DNA from: Candidatus Poribacteria bacterium
Lineage (GTDB): Bacteria; Poribacteria; WGA-4E; UBA9662
Reading direction: 5' to 3'
Assembly (NCBI GenBank): GCA_036339735.1
Contig: JAYZAL010000088.1
Span: 1 to 64,000 of the forward strand
DNA length: 64,000 nt
Shown here: piece after piece, positions 30,369-40,331 of the stretch
How positions within the stretch are numbered: the stretch's first letter is position 1
Layout of the letters: the number at the start of each line of letters is the position of its first letter
Translations under genes and position numbers: made by a program
The notes under the pieces: model-generated
Seen by the model: only the letters and a program-made list of their open reading frames with translations
What the model was told of the DNA's origin: nothing
Databases searched by the model: none

Positions 30369-30716
30369 ATAATGATTCATCCTTAACCAATATTCTCGTT
30401 TTTAAACGAGCCTAGGATAGTATAAAGTAGTTTTTTACACAACTTCTGTGCATAATACGACTTTTTTACCTGTCGGGAGTCGTAAATGTATGAATGAATT
30501 TCTATGCAGAAAGAATCCGATTAACTATAGTGAAGATCATAAATTCAGTTATAGTCCGGCCAAATCAGATTGTTCGTAAATGTGATGATTTTTGGCATTT
30601 AAGGGGTAGATGCCAAGAGCTAGCTATCAACAAGTCATTCGAACGAATGCGGATTAACTGAAATAGAGGATTAATATTTACTGTTTACTTCAAGTTAATG
30701 AGGAAACCTAGATTAA

Positions 30717-31733
30717 ATGAGAATTGATTGCCAAAGTCACATTTTTCCACCAGAATATGTAGATGTTTTGCTGAAAGCTAATAGTTATTCTGATAATAGA
30801 GATGAACATGATCAAGCTGAATTTGCTCGACCCAGAACGGAAAAAATCGATGATAGTATTTATCGAGTATCATATCGTCAATGGCAATCTTTTCAAATCG
30901 ATTTGAGAGATTATGACTCATCATCCAAATTACGTGCGATGGATGAAGCCGGTATTGATTTGTCCATCATTAGTGTCAACATTCCCAATCCTTGTCTTTT
31001 GCCCTCAAACTTATCGGTTAAGGGCGCTCAAATTATTAACAATTACATTGCTGATTTAGCCACGAAAAATCCTAATCGATTTGCCGGGTTTGCGAGCCTG
31101 CCTTGGAATGTTCCTAGCGCAGCAATGGTGGAAATCGATCGAATTAAGGATATGGGTTTTCTGGGTGTTATGCTCTATCCACATGTGGCTGGCCACAATC
31201 TAGATTCGAATCAGTTTGAACCTATCTATGCTCATTTAGCAGAAAAGGATGTCCCAATCATCTTTCATCCGACCGTACCAACTTGGGGGCATGCGATCAA
31301 AGAATTTACAATGATTCCGATGATCGGATTTCAAGTTGATACCAGTTTTGGCCTATTACGCTTGATTCTAAGTGGTATTTTCGAACGATACCCAAGACTG
31401 AAAATAGTTCTGCCTCATGCTGGTGGTATTTTACCTTACATGATTGGGCGTATCGATCATCAGACCGAAGTGATGGGACGAGCAAACGACTTCATTCGGC
31501 AGCCAGTTAGTACTTATCTCAGACAAAATGTCTATTTTGATTTGGTTTCTCCATCGATCGAAGGAATGACATACGCTCTTAACTTTATTGGTGAAAACCG
31601 AGTCTTATTTGCATCTGATTCCCCTTGGATTCAGCCATCTGTCTTTACAAAATTAGTCGACCAAATGACAATTACAGATAGGCAACGTCGACTAATTTAT
31701 AGTGGTAACTGTGTGGAACTTTTTAACCTATGA
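30717..31733 (+). CDS. Amidohydrolase_2 family protein (ACMSD/decarboxylase-like)
   Basis: IDCQSH, MDEAGID, IIFHP, LPHAGG, FASDSP. Confidence 0.9.
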   Translation: MRIDCQSHIFPPEYVDVLLKANSYSDNRDEHDQAEFARPRTEKIDDSIYRVSYRQWQSFQIDLRDYDSSSKLRAMDEAGIDLSIISVNIPNPCLLPSNLSVKGAQIINNYIADLATKNPNRFAGFASLPWNVPSAAMVEIDRIKDMGFLGVMLYPHVAGHNLDSNQFEPIYAHLAEKDVPIIFHPTVPTWGHAIKEFTMIPMIGFQVDTSFGLLRLILSGIFERYPRLKIVLPHAGGILPYMIGRIDHQTEVMGRANDFIRQPVSTYLRQNVYFDLVSPSIEGMTYALNFIGENRVLFASDSPWIQPSVFTKLVDQMTITDRQRRLIYSGNCVELFNL

Positions 31734-31805
31734 ATACTATCAGGTGTTAACATTTTGAGGCAGACATATCATTTATATTGACCAATTCAAATAGGAGAAA
31801 AATAG

Positions 31806-33356
31806 ATGTCTAATCAAACTGATCGAACGTCTCTTGTACCTTTTTATACTTTTCCTGAAACTTTAACCGAGCAAGAAGAAGCTCTGAAAAATAACCCATT
31901 GATGAATCGTATGATCGAATCTCGTCAATCATATGAGAGTGATCCACACCGTCCAATTTATCACTATGTTAACCCTGAGCATACACTTAATGATCCCAAT
32001 GGACTTTGTTTTTGGAAAAATCGATGGCATCTTTTTTACCAAGCTTATCCTCCAGAGGATCCTCGTCAACATTGGGGGCATGCAGTTAGTCATGATCTGA
32101 TTCATTGGCAAGATTTGCCTTACGCAATCTACCCTAACCCAGAGAATTGCTGTTTTTCCGGTACGACATTTGTGGAAGATGAGCGCGTGATTGCTATGTA
32201 TCACGGCACAGAGGTTGGAAATATGGTAGCAACATCAAGTGATCCTCTTTTATTGAACTGGAAGAAATTGACTAACCAAGCCGTAATTCCTATCCGTTCA
32301 GAGGATGGTTCTCCTTTGCCATATCGTGTCTTTGATCCTTGTATTTGGAAAAAGGAAGGGTTTTACTATTCTTTATCCGGAGGCACTTTGCCCAATGGTC
32401 CTGGCGGAAAACCAACACGTGCTAACTTTCTATTTCGATCCGAAAATCTCACAAAGTGGGAGTATTTGCATCCATTTGTCGAAGACGATCAGTACACTCT
32501 AGTTGGAGATGATGGTGCTTGTCCCTACTTCTGGCCAATCGGCGATCGGCACATGTTGCTATTTTTTAGCCATATGAGTGGAGGACAATACCTAATCGGC
32601 GACTACGATAAGAAGAGAGATAAATTTATAGTTACCGAACATGGGAAAAACAACTTCGGACCAGTCAGCCCTTCCGGTGTGCATGCTCCATCCGCCACGC
32701 CAGACGGAAAAGGTGGGGTGATCGTTTTGTACAATATGAACCCTGGTTTGCCAACCAAGGGTTGGAATCAGGTTATGACACTACCACGCCAGCTAAACTT
32801 GATTGATAAAGATGAATTGAGTGTTCATCCTGCTGGGAATATAGAGTCACTTCGGTATGGTCATCAACACATTGGACAAACGACTTTGTCTGCTAACCAA
32901 GAAATTGTCCTAGACCAAATTCACGGAAACGCCATGGAAATAGTGGCAGAAATCGATGTTGGCAATGCACCAATGGTTGAAATGAACATCTTGCGTTCGC
33001 CTAACAAAGAAGAATACACTCGAATTTCCTTCTATGGTAATCGAGGTTATCGAGATCGGATTCGAGGACATGGGAGTTGGTTAACGATTGATTCGTCCTA
33101 TTCTTCGATCCTACCATCTGCTCGCTCTCGAGCACCGGAGAGCGGACAAGTTTTCCTTGCCGACAAAGAAACTCTTCAATTACGTGTCTTTATCGATCGA
33201 AGCATAGTTGAAGTCTTCGTTAATAATAAGCAATGCGTCGCCATGCGAGTATACCCGGGTCGAGTTGACAGTTTAGGTGTTTCACTTCGCTCACAAGGCC
33301 AAGACAGCTTGCTTAAATCAATGGATGCTTGGCAAATGCGAAATATCTACCGCTAA
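31806..33356 (+). CDS. Glycoside hydrolase family 32-like protein (beta-propeller plus beta-sandwich)
   Basis: HRPIYH, NDPNG, HLFYQ, WGHAVSHDLIHW, FSGT, FDP, C-terminal LRVFIDRSIVEVFVN. Confidence 0.85.
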   Translation: MSNQTDRTSLVPFYTFPETLTEQEEALKNNPLMNRMIESRQSYESDPHRPIYHYVNPEHTLNDPNGLCFWKNRWHLFYQAYPPEDPRQHWGHAVSHDLIHWQDLPYAIYPNPENCCFSGTTFVEDERVIAMYHGTEVGNMVATSSDPLLLNWKKLTNQAVIPIRSEDGSPLPYRVFDPCIWKKEGFYYSLSGGTLPNGPGGKPTRANFLFRSENLTKWEYLHPFVEDDQYTLVGDDGACPYFWPIGDRHMLLFFSHMSGGQYLIGDYDKKRDKFIVTEHGKNNFGPVSPSGVHAPSATPDGKGGVIVLYNMNPGLPTKGWNQVMTLPRQLNLIDKDELSVHPAGNIESLRYGHQHIGQTTLSANQEIVLDQIHGNAMEIVAEIDVGNAPMVEMNILRSPNKEEYTRISFYGNRGYRDRIRGHGSWLTIDSSYSSILPSARSRAPESGQVFLADKETLQLRVFIDRSIVEVFVNNKQCVAMRVYPGRVDSLGVSLRSQGQDSLLKSMDAWQMRNIYR

Positions 33357-33383
33357 GTGGTTCATAGTAAAATTAATTCCCGA

Positions 33384-36300
33384 TCACTGACCTAGCCGGG
33401 TCAGGGCTTGTCGGTAGATGCTCACAAGGTCGTCATCCGGGTTCCTAGTCAAAACGGATTGTAGCTTGGCAATCAATTTTTCGTTAGGAGCCGGTTGGCC
33501 CTGCATGTTTGGCACCAAGAGTTGTTCCGGAAAAACTAGGAGTCGTAGTGCGTGCCTTCTTTGCCTGAGATCATCATCCTTTTGTATAGATTCTCCTTTG
33601 TTTGGTGCCAAGCGATTTACTAGAAACTCAGACGTATAGTCCTTGAAATCTTTGAGTAGCTCAATACTATTTTTATATTGATCAAGTAAGGTTGCAATGT
33701 TCTTTCTTTGCAGCAAATCTGTCACTACTTTGTATGTTCTGTCATTATGCTGTCGATTGATTTCCGGTGAAGATAGAATCAAATTCTCCAGTTCTGTTCG
33801 TTGCTCTTCGGTCAAGATGAACAAACTCTCAATTGTCATTTTAGGTTTAATAGCGATAACGTTTCCCCATACTCTGACAGCCATCAAGTTTATGTCAATC
33901 TGACCGGACAGTTTGGTAATCTGTTTTTGGATTTCGAATCGATCAGGATTATCCTTCCCTGCTTCTATGAGCTTTTCGTTCAATTTTCGGATTTCCTGCT
34001 GATACCTACCGATTTGTTTCTCATCTAGCATTCTTCCGATGACAACAGGTACAACATCTTTCCAAGCATTAAGGCCCGTTTTATTATTGCGAAAATTGGT
34101 GATGATTTGCCCCATCAGATTCAATGCATGCTGACGATCGTCGGCATTAATGGGCCGACCTAAGCTTTCTTCATGTCCTTCTATTATTAACTTTAGAAAA
34201 TCAAATGTGTTTTTCCAATCGGTCGATTGAAAAATTTTGACCGTTTCACTTTGGGAATCTAGTTTTCTCGAGAGAGTAAATAAAGGTGGATATAAGTGTT
34301 GTCGCCAAGTATCTTGAGATGAGTTTCTAGCTGCTCGCGCTAATATTCTGGCAGCATTAATTAGTACACGGCTATCTATATTTGGGGGTAATCCGCTAAT
34401 TGTATCCAAATACTGAAGAACTCGTTCTTTAGTTGGGATTTGGGGTAATACCATAAAGTTAGGTTCTTTGTTTTTTTCGGAATGAGCGTTATATAATAAT
34501 CCTTTTAGAAGACCAAGCGCTAAATCATCCTTTGTCTCCAAGTCTTTTTTTACGACACTGGATAAGGTTTTTTTTGCAGCGGCATCTACTAAAGGCATTG
34601 CATTAGTAGTTAATTGCACCAGATCCACTACAATTCTCTGGCTCAAATCTCGATTTGTGTTCTGACCGGAAGTATTCAATCTCAGCGCAGAAATTGAATC
34701 AACTAATGCAGTAGCCGCAGCTATTCTCACACTTACGTCTTCTCTATCTCTCTGCAGATATTCTAGCAGTATTTCAACTGTACCAGCAGGATCTATATGA
34801 GGTAATGCAGCTAAAATTGCACACTGAATATTTTCGTTACTCATTTCTAATGCTTCAAGCAAAGCTGTTAGCGATTGTTTCGCGTTATTTCCTTGCTGAG
34901 CCAAAATTTGAATCGCCAATTCCTGGTTTGGTTTGTCTTGTAGAACAATTAAAGATATTTGGTTGATCGTAGTTGGATAAAATTCATCACCGTCCATCAT
35001 TTTATCCAAACATAAAAGGCTGTTTTTTCGGATAGAAGCACTTGTATGACTGAGTCGCCTAGTTATCTCTAATACTATGGATTCAAACTCAGTTTCGCTC
35101 ATAATGCTTCTGACATTAGGACCAATTTTAGCCATTGAGGATAATGAAGCACTTAGGCCAATAAAATTGTTTTTTTGGATCTGATGATGAAGTGTATCTA
35201 TAATCTTTCGAATTTCGGGCGATGAGGGTTGGTTAATCGAGACGACATCGTCATCTAGTTGATCATTCAACCTAAAATAGACACCTAACGAGGAGACTTT
35301 CGAACGATCTAATGGATGTATTTGACAAACAAGATTTCTATTTGCAGAATGATCAAAGATAGACCAAGACATGTTATTTTTTTGTACAGTTGGGTTCTTA
35401 GGTAATTGTAAACCCATCAACTTAAATTGACCATCCAGTTGTGAATCATCAAAACTTTTTTTGTCGCCACTTCTAATTCCATCTAATTCTTCACTAAAAT
35501 TGTTCTTTTTGAGCAGGATATAGGGTGCCAGATTATTTTGCTTATTTTGCTTTTGTATTTGGAAAAGATCTTTCCCTTGAGAGTCAGGTATCGACCATAC
35601 TTGACCACGTTGTCGAACTTGGACTTGAGCGTTTAATGGGATTTTGTCGCCAGAATTCTCTAGTTTTTTTCTAAATTGATCCGAAAGTTGAGTTGGGAAA
35701 TCTAACGATTCAAAATCTTTAGGTATATCTGTACTTCCAAGGTCCATCGAAACAATCATATCAGGTAAACAGAAAACTCTATACTCATTGTTCATTATCT
35801 GCCCAACGGCTGCGGTGACAATTGGTTGTAGTTTGTCACTTTCCTGTCCCAAGGAATGAAGTGTATCTAGGTAAACAGAAGATGGGTGCCCAATTTCCCC
35901 CAAAGCCATTATAGTGTAAAACCCCAATTGTTCTTCTACCTTCGTTAGTTGTGCAAAATTAGATATCAGGCTGAAACGCTGGCTGAGTGGAGTAACTGCT
36001 AAATTTTCAAAATCGTATGGCAGTGGCAGTGGCAGTGGCATACGATTTTCATCAGACAGATTTGGAATGAGATCTGTGTTGGGTTGAGTAAAAGATTTGA
36101 AAGATTTCGCTATGGTCTGGCAGACACGACTGTCAGGATCCACCATGTTACTAAGCAGAAATGATAAAATTAGTTTTTTGTCCCTGATGGGGGTTTCCCG
36201 TTGCTGGACCATTTTTGATAAAACAAGTACGATGTTACGCCTTATTTCCGCATCAGGACAAAGTTCAAAAACCCCAATTGATGCGTTTGGCGAAAAGTTC

Positions 36301-37523
36301 ACTGGTGTTGGGCGTCCCACTGGTCTTTGAAAGTCCCCAGATTGATAAAGTATAAAATACCTCCGCTTTTTTTTTGAGGAAGCGGAGGTGGTTTTAATAA
36401 CTTCAGAATTAGTCAGCATCCAAGAGGTTGATTGTATTTGATTGTCGTTAATAATAGGGATAGATGAAACGCTATCGTCACCAGACAACTGAATCCCTTC
36501 TTTTTTAAAAGCCAAAAATAATTGAGGATCAAGACTACTTCTGAAAACATCCAGCCCATCATCTCTACCTTCTGAAATTCTATATATTTGATTACTTTCA
36601 GGGTCAATAATTTTCCATTTTTTCCCTTGTTTGATGATGTGCACATCTGCTTCTGGTGATATCTTTAGACCACTAAGTTCTAAACGCTGTCTTAGGTTAT
36701 TTGCTTCACTCACCTTCCTATACCCATCTAAGTCAATGCTATATTTATCTGGTAAGCTTATCAATCTGACTCCATCGCTTCTTGTTAATTTGTCCTGAAG
36801 ATCTTTCGACAGATAAAACTTGAAGCCTTTGAACAATTTCATCAACTCGCTAATAATTTCTTGTTTTTGCTCAGCGGATAACTTTATTTTAGCTAAAGCC
36901 AATATCACTTCAAGTTGAACCAATCGATTTGTTGTTTTCATGGCTTCTTTCAGATCAGAAACGAACTTTTCGTCTTGTGTATGAAAGTTTAGCTCACCTA
37001 ATGCATAGGCTATGTTCTGTCGGACTACTGGTTCTGGGTGATTAAGAAGTTGGTAGGTAAAGGATAAATCATGATATTTAGATAATGCTGATAGTGCATG
37101 CATTCTGATACTAGCCTGACTGACAGATAATGCATAGATCAAAGACTCCTTAATAGGGGATAATTCGACAGTAGGACCCACGGTTACTTTCTGCTGGTCG
37201 ATGAGTTTTTGCTTCTCGATAAGTAAGTTCATGATTTGCTCGATCTGCACCTGAATTTCCCGAACCATTTGCTTTCTCAACATGTGATCTTGGTCAACTG
37301 TTAAGAATAATTTGCGAATGAATTCGTGGTCTTTCGTGTTTAATTCTATTTCCTGGAGTTTTTCCATAGCTAAAGCACGCGTGGACAAATCGGGTGAGGA
37401 TAATTTCTTTAATAGAAAAACTGAATCTTGAGCGGTAATTACAGTCGAAAATAGAATAAAAAAAAGAAAGTAGGTAAGAGGTCTACAGCCACCCGCCAGT
37501 TGATTTGATTTTAGTTGGCACAT
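33384..37523 (-). CDS. Large secreted HEAT-repeat protein (~1380 aa) with inserted repeat modules
   Basis: Signal-like N-terminus (FLFFILFSTVITA). HEAT-like units such as LNHPEPVVRQNIAYALGEL, DPDSRVCQTIA, EDVSVRIAAATAL. ATG 37523, 7 nt after the ackA stop, preferred over 37670. Confidence 0.72.
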   Translation of the reverse strand: MCQLKSNQLAGGCRPLTYFLFFILFSTVITAQDSVFLLKKLSSPDLSTRALAMEKLQEIELNTKDHEFIRKLFLTVDQDHMLRKQMVREIQVQIEQIMNLLIEKQKLIDQQKVTVGPTVELSPIKESLIYALSVSQASIRMHALSALSKYHDLSFTYQLLNHPEPVVRQNIAYALGELNFHTQDEKFVSDLKEAMKTTNRLVQLEVILALAKIKLSAEQKQEIISELMKLFKGFKFYLSKDLQDKLTRSDGVRLISLPDKYSIDLDGYRKVSEANNLRQRLELSGLKISPEADVHIIKQGKKWKIIDPESNQIYRISEGRDDGLDVFRSSLDPQLFLAFKKEGIQLSGDDSVSSIPIINDNQIQSTSWMLTNSEVIKTTSASSKKKRRYFILYQSGDFQRPVGRPTPVNFSPNASIGVFELCPDAEIRRNIVLVLSKMVQQRETPIRDKKLILSFLLSNMVDPDSRVCQTIAKSFKSFTQPNTDLIPNLSDENRMPLPLPLPYDFENLAVTPLSQRFSLISNFAQLTKVEEQLGFYTIMALGEIGHPSSVYLDTLHSLGQESDKLQPIVTAAVGQIMNNEYRVFCLPDMIVSMDLGSTDIPKDFESLDFPTQLSDQFRKKLENSGDKIPLNAQVQVRQRGQVWSIPDSQGKDLFQIQKQNKQNNLAPYILLKKNNFSEELDGIRSGDKKSFDDSQLDGQFKLMGLQLPKNPTVQKNNMSWSIFDHSANRNLVCQIHPLDRSKVSSLGVYFRLNDQLDDDVVSINQPSSPEIRKIIDTLHHQIQKNNFIGLSASLSSMAKIGPNVRSIMSETEFESIVLEITRRLSHTSASIRKNSLLCLDKMMDGDEFYPTTINQISLIVLQDKPNQELAIQILAQQGNNAKQSLTALLEALEMSNENIQCAILAALPHIDPAGTVEILLEYLQRDREDVSVRIAAATALVDSISALRLNTSGQNTNRDLSQRIVVDLVQLTTNAMPLVDAAAKKTLSSVVKKDLETKDDLALGLLKGLLYNAHSEKNKEPNFMVLPQIPTKERVLQYLDTISGLPPNIDSRVLINAARILARAARNSSQDTWRQHLYPPLFTLSRKLDSQSETVKIFQSTDWKNTFDFLKLIIEGHEESLGRPINADDRQHALNLMGQIITNFRNNKTGLNAWKDVVPVVIGRMLDEKQIGRYQQEIRKLNEKLIEAGKDNPDRFEIQKQITKLSGQIDINLMAVRVWGNVIAIKPKMTIESLFILTEEQRTELENLILSSPEINRQHNDRTYKVVTDLLQRKNIATLLDQYKNSIELLKDFKDYTSEFLVNRLAPNKGESIQKDDDLRQRRHALRLLVFPEQLLVPNMQGQPAPNEKLIAKLQSVLTRNPDDDLVSIYRQALTRLGQ

Positions 37524-37530
37524 CGACAGG

Positions 37531-38964
37531 CTAAGATGAATCGGTATTTTTATTATCGTAAACGGACAGCCAAGCATGAGGTGCAACCAGTTTCTCCCCG
37601 TCCGCTTGTTTATTCTGAGGAGGTTTTTTATCCGTTTTGTCAGTTGCAACCAACTTTGATGGTTGGCCAATAGATTTCTTCACTTCTGTTTGTTCTTTTT
37701 CTTCGACCAGAGAAATTAACCGTTCAAACTCTGCCAAAGGATTGGGCGGGTCAGGTATAGTTTGCAATAATTGGAGCGTGCCGCGGGCTATCATTAATTC
37801 TTCATTGGTTGGAATTACCAGTATTTTAACATCTGATTCTTGAGAGTTAATTGATTGTTCTCGCCCTTTTATCCTATTTTGCTGCTCGTTGACTTTTATC
37901 CCTATAAACCCAAGTTTCTCGCAAATTTTGCTCCGAATTCGAGGCGAGTTTTCGCCGATACCACCGGTAAAAATTAAAACATTGACTCCACCTAATGTTG
38001 CTACATACTGACCGATATATTGGGTGACACGATGGCAAAACATATTAAGCGCTAGTAGCGTTCGTTCAGGTGTATCTTGTTCGCCAGATAGCTGGTTTAG
38101 GAGGTCTCGTACATCAGAACTTACTCCAGAAATGCCCAATAACCCACTTTTATCGTTCAGTAGTGTCATTACTTGTTCTATCGTCATATTATGTTGTGAA
38201 ACCAGTTGGAAAATCAGACTAGGATCTATATCACCACAACGCGTGCCCATCATCAATCCTGCTAAAGGAGTAATTCCCATACTTGTATCAACAGATAATC
38301 CACCATCAATGGCTGTGACACTTGCTCCACTACCTAAGTGACAAGAGATTATCTTGAGAGATTCAATTGAGCAGTCCAAGATCTCAGCGGCACGTGTCGA
38401 AACATAAGAATGTGAGGTGCCATGAAAACCATACTTTCTGATGTGGTGATGTTGATAAAAGTGATAGGGGATGGGGTAAAGGTGAGCATAAGGAGGAATC
38501 GTTTGGTGAAAAGCCGTGTCAAAAATAGCAACTTGTGGCATTTCATTCAAAAGACTGGCTATTGATCGGATTCCCTGCAGATTGAATGGGTTATGCAGTG
38601 GTGCTAAGTCCGACAACTTCTCTATGAGTGCTTCTACCGAAGGCACAACTAGGGCTGCTGAAGAAAAGTGGTGCCCCCCGTGGACTACTCGGTGCCCTAC
38701 GGCCGTAATTACTTCCAGATCATCGATAATTCCATGTCTCGTGTCGGTTAGTGTTGCACAAATGAGAGGGAAATATTTTTGGTAGCTCTGAGCCTCTAGC
38801 TCTAGCTCGTAACTAATACCATCGTGTCTTTGGTAGGTTAGCTTTGGATGGGAAGAATTGATCCGATCAATTTGTCCTTTCGCCAAACTAACCTCACCCA
38901 CCATTTCAAAACATTGATACTTAATTGAGGAACTGCCTGCATTAATCGTAAGAATGATCGGCAT
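37531..38964 (-). CDS. ackA: Acetate kinase with C-terminal extension
   Basis: NAGSSSIK, GHRVVHGG, LAPLHN, FDTAFH, YGFHGTSH, HLGSGAS, FTGGIGEN, PTNEE. Confidence 0.95.
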   Translation of the reverse strand: MPIILTINAGSSSIKYQCFEMVGEVSLAKGQIDRINSSHPKLTYQRHDGISYELELEAQSYQKYFPLICATLTDTRHGIIDDLEVITAVGHRVVHGGHHFSSAALVVPSVEALIEKLSDLAPLHNPFNLQGIRSIASLLNEMPQVAIFDTAFHQTIPPYAHLYPIPYHFYQHHHIRKYGFHGTSHSYVSTRAAEILDCSIESLKIISCHLGSGASVTAIDGGLSVDTSMGITPLAGLMMGTRCGDIDPSLIFQLVSQHNMTIEQVMTLLNDKSGLLGISGVSSDVRDLLNQLSGEQDTPERTLLALNMFCHRVTQYIGQYVATLGGVNVLIFTGGIGENSPRIRSKICEKLGFIGIKVNEQQNRIKGREQSINSQESDVKILVIPTNEELMIARGTLQLLQTIPDPPNPLAEFERLISLVEEKEQTEVKKSIGQPSKLVATDKTDKKPPQNKQADGEKLVAPHAWLSVYDNKNTDSS

Positions 38965-39006
38965 CTAGATCCTAACCTGTTAAACAACATCTCGATTCTA
39001 CAAAAA

Positions 39007-40227
39007 TTAGAAACCCATCAGGCCACAACAACGACGACAAACGGGCATGACTCCCTCACGACTGATCGATTGACGGAATTTGACTGCAGCTTCGTTATTC
39101 CACATGTCTTCCACTTTATCCTTTTGAATATTTCCAATTATATAGTCGTGGTAATCGCGACAGAGACTGACGTCGCCATTGCTATCAATTTCTAATGTCA
39201 TATATATGCTAACACACTGATTGTAACCAAAGGTTTCAGTGTGGTCTTTATAATAGGTATTGATGTCTTTTTTTGTTGTTAACTCTGGCATCATCATAGG
39301 AGGACATCTACCCTCTTCCGCGGATAGATCAAGCATTTCTTGATACTTATCCAAGATGACACCGTGGTCAAAATTATTCCAATCCCCAATCCATCCGTAA
39401 TGGGTTTGTGGTTTTTTGCCAAATCGTCTTTCGTAATCTTTTGAGTGTTCGATGGCAGAAGCCTGATCAATCCACCAAGTGAGGTAAAGAATTTGAGCAT
39501 CTGCATATTCACTGGTGAATTTGTACAGATCAACCACATAATCTATATTATAGGAGGTAATGCAACTCAGAGGAACTATGTATGGGAATAATGTGCCTCG
39601 GTCTTCTTTTTCTGTTTTGACGTTACTCAGGGCTGCTTGAACGTCTTTGAAATTACTGTATTTACCTGAGACCGCAGGTCTTTGTGTGTCATGGATTTCG
39701 GCATTTGGTCCATCGACACTGAGATACAGAATTGTGCAAGTGTCGACAATTTCCTTGGCAAGACTGCCAATTTTAGTACCATTGCTGACCATCGAAATTG
39801 GCATTCCCTTTTCTTTGATGTAGTAGAGAAGATCAACCATACCCGGATACATCATCGGCTCTCCACCCCAAATATACCAAACGGGCTTCCATCCCTTATC
39901 GGCAATTTGATCTACCAAGTCTTTGTAAGTTTCGAGTGGTACTTCACGAGCTTTCAGTTCTTTTAGGCTAGTGCCATGCAAATAACCGTTATCACCCCAC
40001 TGACCACAAGTGTGACAGCGAAGATTACACATGTCCGTAATACGGATACTAACCAGCTCAATACCATCGCCTCTTCCATGCGTTGCCCCAAACGGGTGTC
40101 TCAAGTTGAATGACTCTTTTGCCATCTGATACTTGAAGAGGTTGAATGCATATTTCCAATTTTCTTTAGTGATAGCTGCGATCTGTTTTACAAAAAAACG
40201 AGGTGAAATTCGACTTCTAATTTGCAT
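39007..40227 (-). CDS. Radical SAM enzyme with SPASM/twitch domain
   Basis: CNLRCHTC, GGEP, SNG, SVDG; C-terminal C...GDVSLC...IGNI...W...CRRCC. Confidence 0.92.
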   Translation of the reverse strand: MQIRSRISPRFFVKQIAAITKENWKYAFNLFKYQMAKESFNLRHPFGATHGRGDGIELVSIRITDMCNLRCHTCGQWGDNGYLHGTSLKELKAREVPLETYKDLVDQIADKGWKPVWYIWGGEPMMYPGMVDLLYYIKEKGMPISMVSNGTKIGSLAKEIVDTCTILYLSVDGPNAEIHDTQRPAVSGKYSNFKDVQAALSNVKTEKEDRGTLFPYIVPLSCITSYNIDYVVDLYKFTSEYADAQILYLTWWIDQASAIEHSKDYERRFGKKPQTHYGWIGDWNNFDHGVILDKYQEMLDLSAEEGRCPPMMMPELTTKKDINTYYKDHTETFGYNQCVSIYMTLEIDSNGDVSLCRDYHDYIIGNIQKDKVEDMWNNEAAVKFRQSISREGVMPVCRRCCGLMGF

Positions 40228-40331
40228 CTTCTTAAAATACCGGAAAAAGTTGGGGATATTACTTTTTTCACGGCCTCCTGCTAATATGGTAATCCAGTTT
40301 GTTTTTCAATCTACGTTTTGTTTTATTCGAG

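Noticed and set aside
37524-37670. Track start of the HEAT protein, giving a 140-nt overlap with ackA
   Set aside because: ATG 37523 just after the ackA stop gives a signal-peptide-like N-terminus with no overlap.
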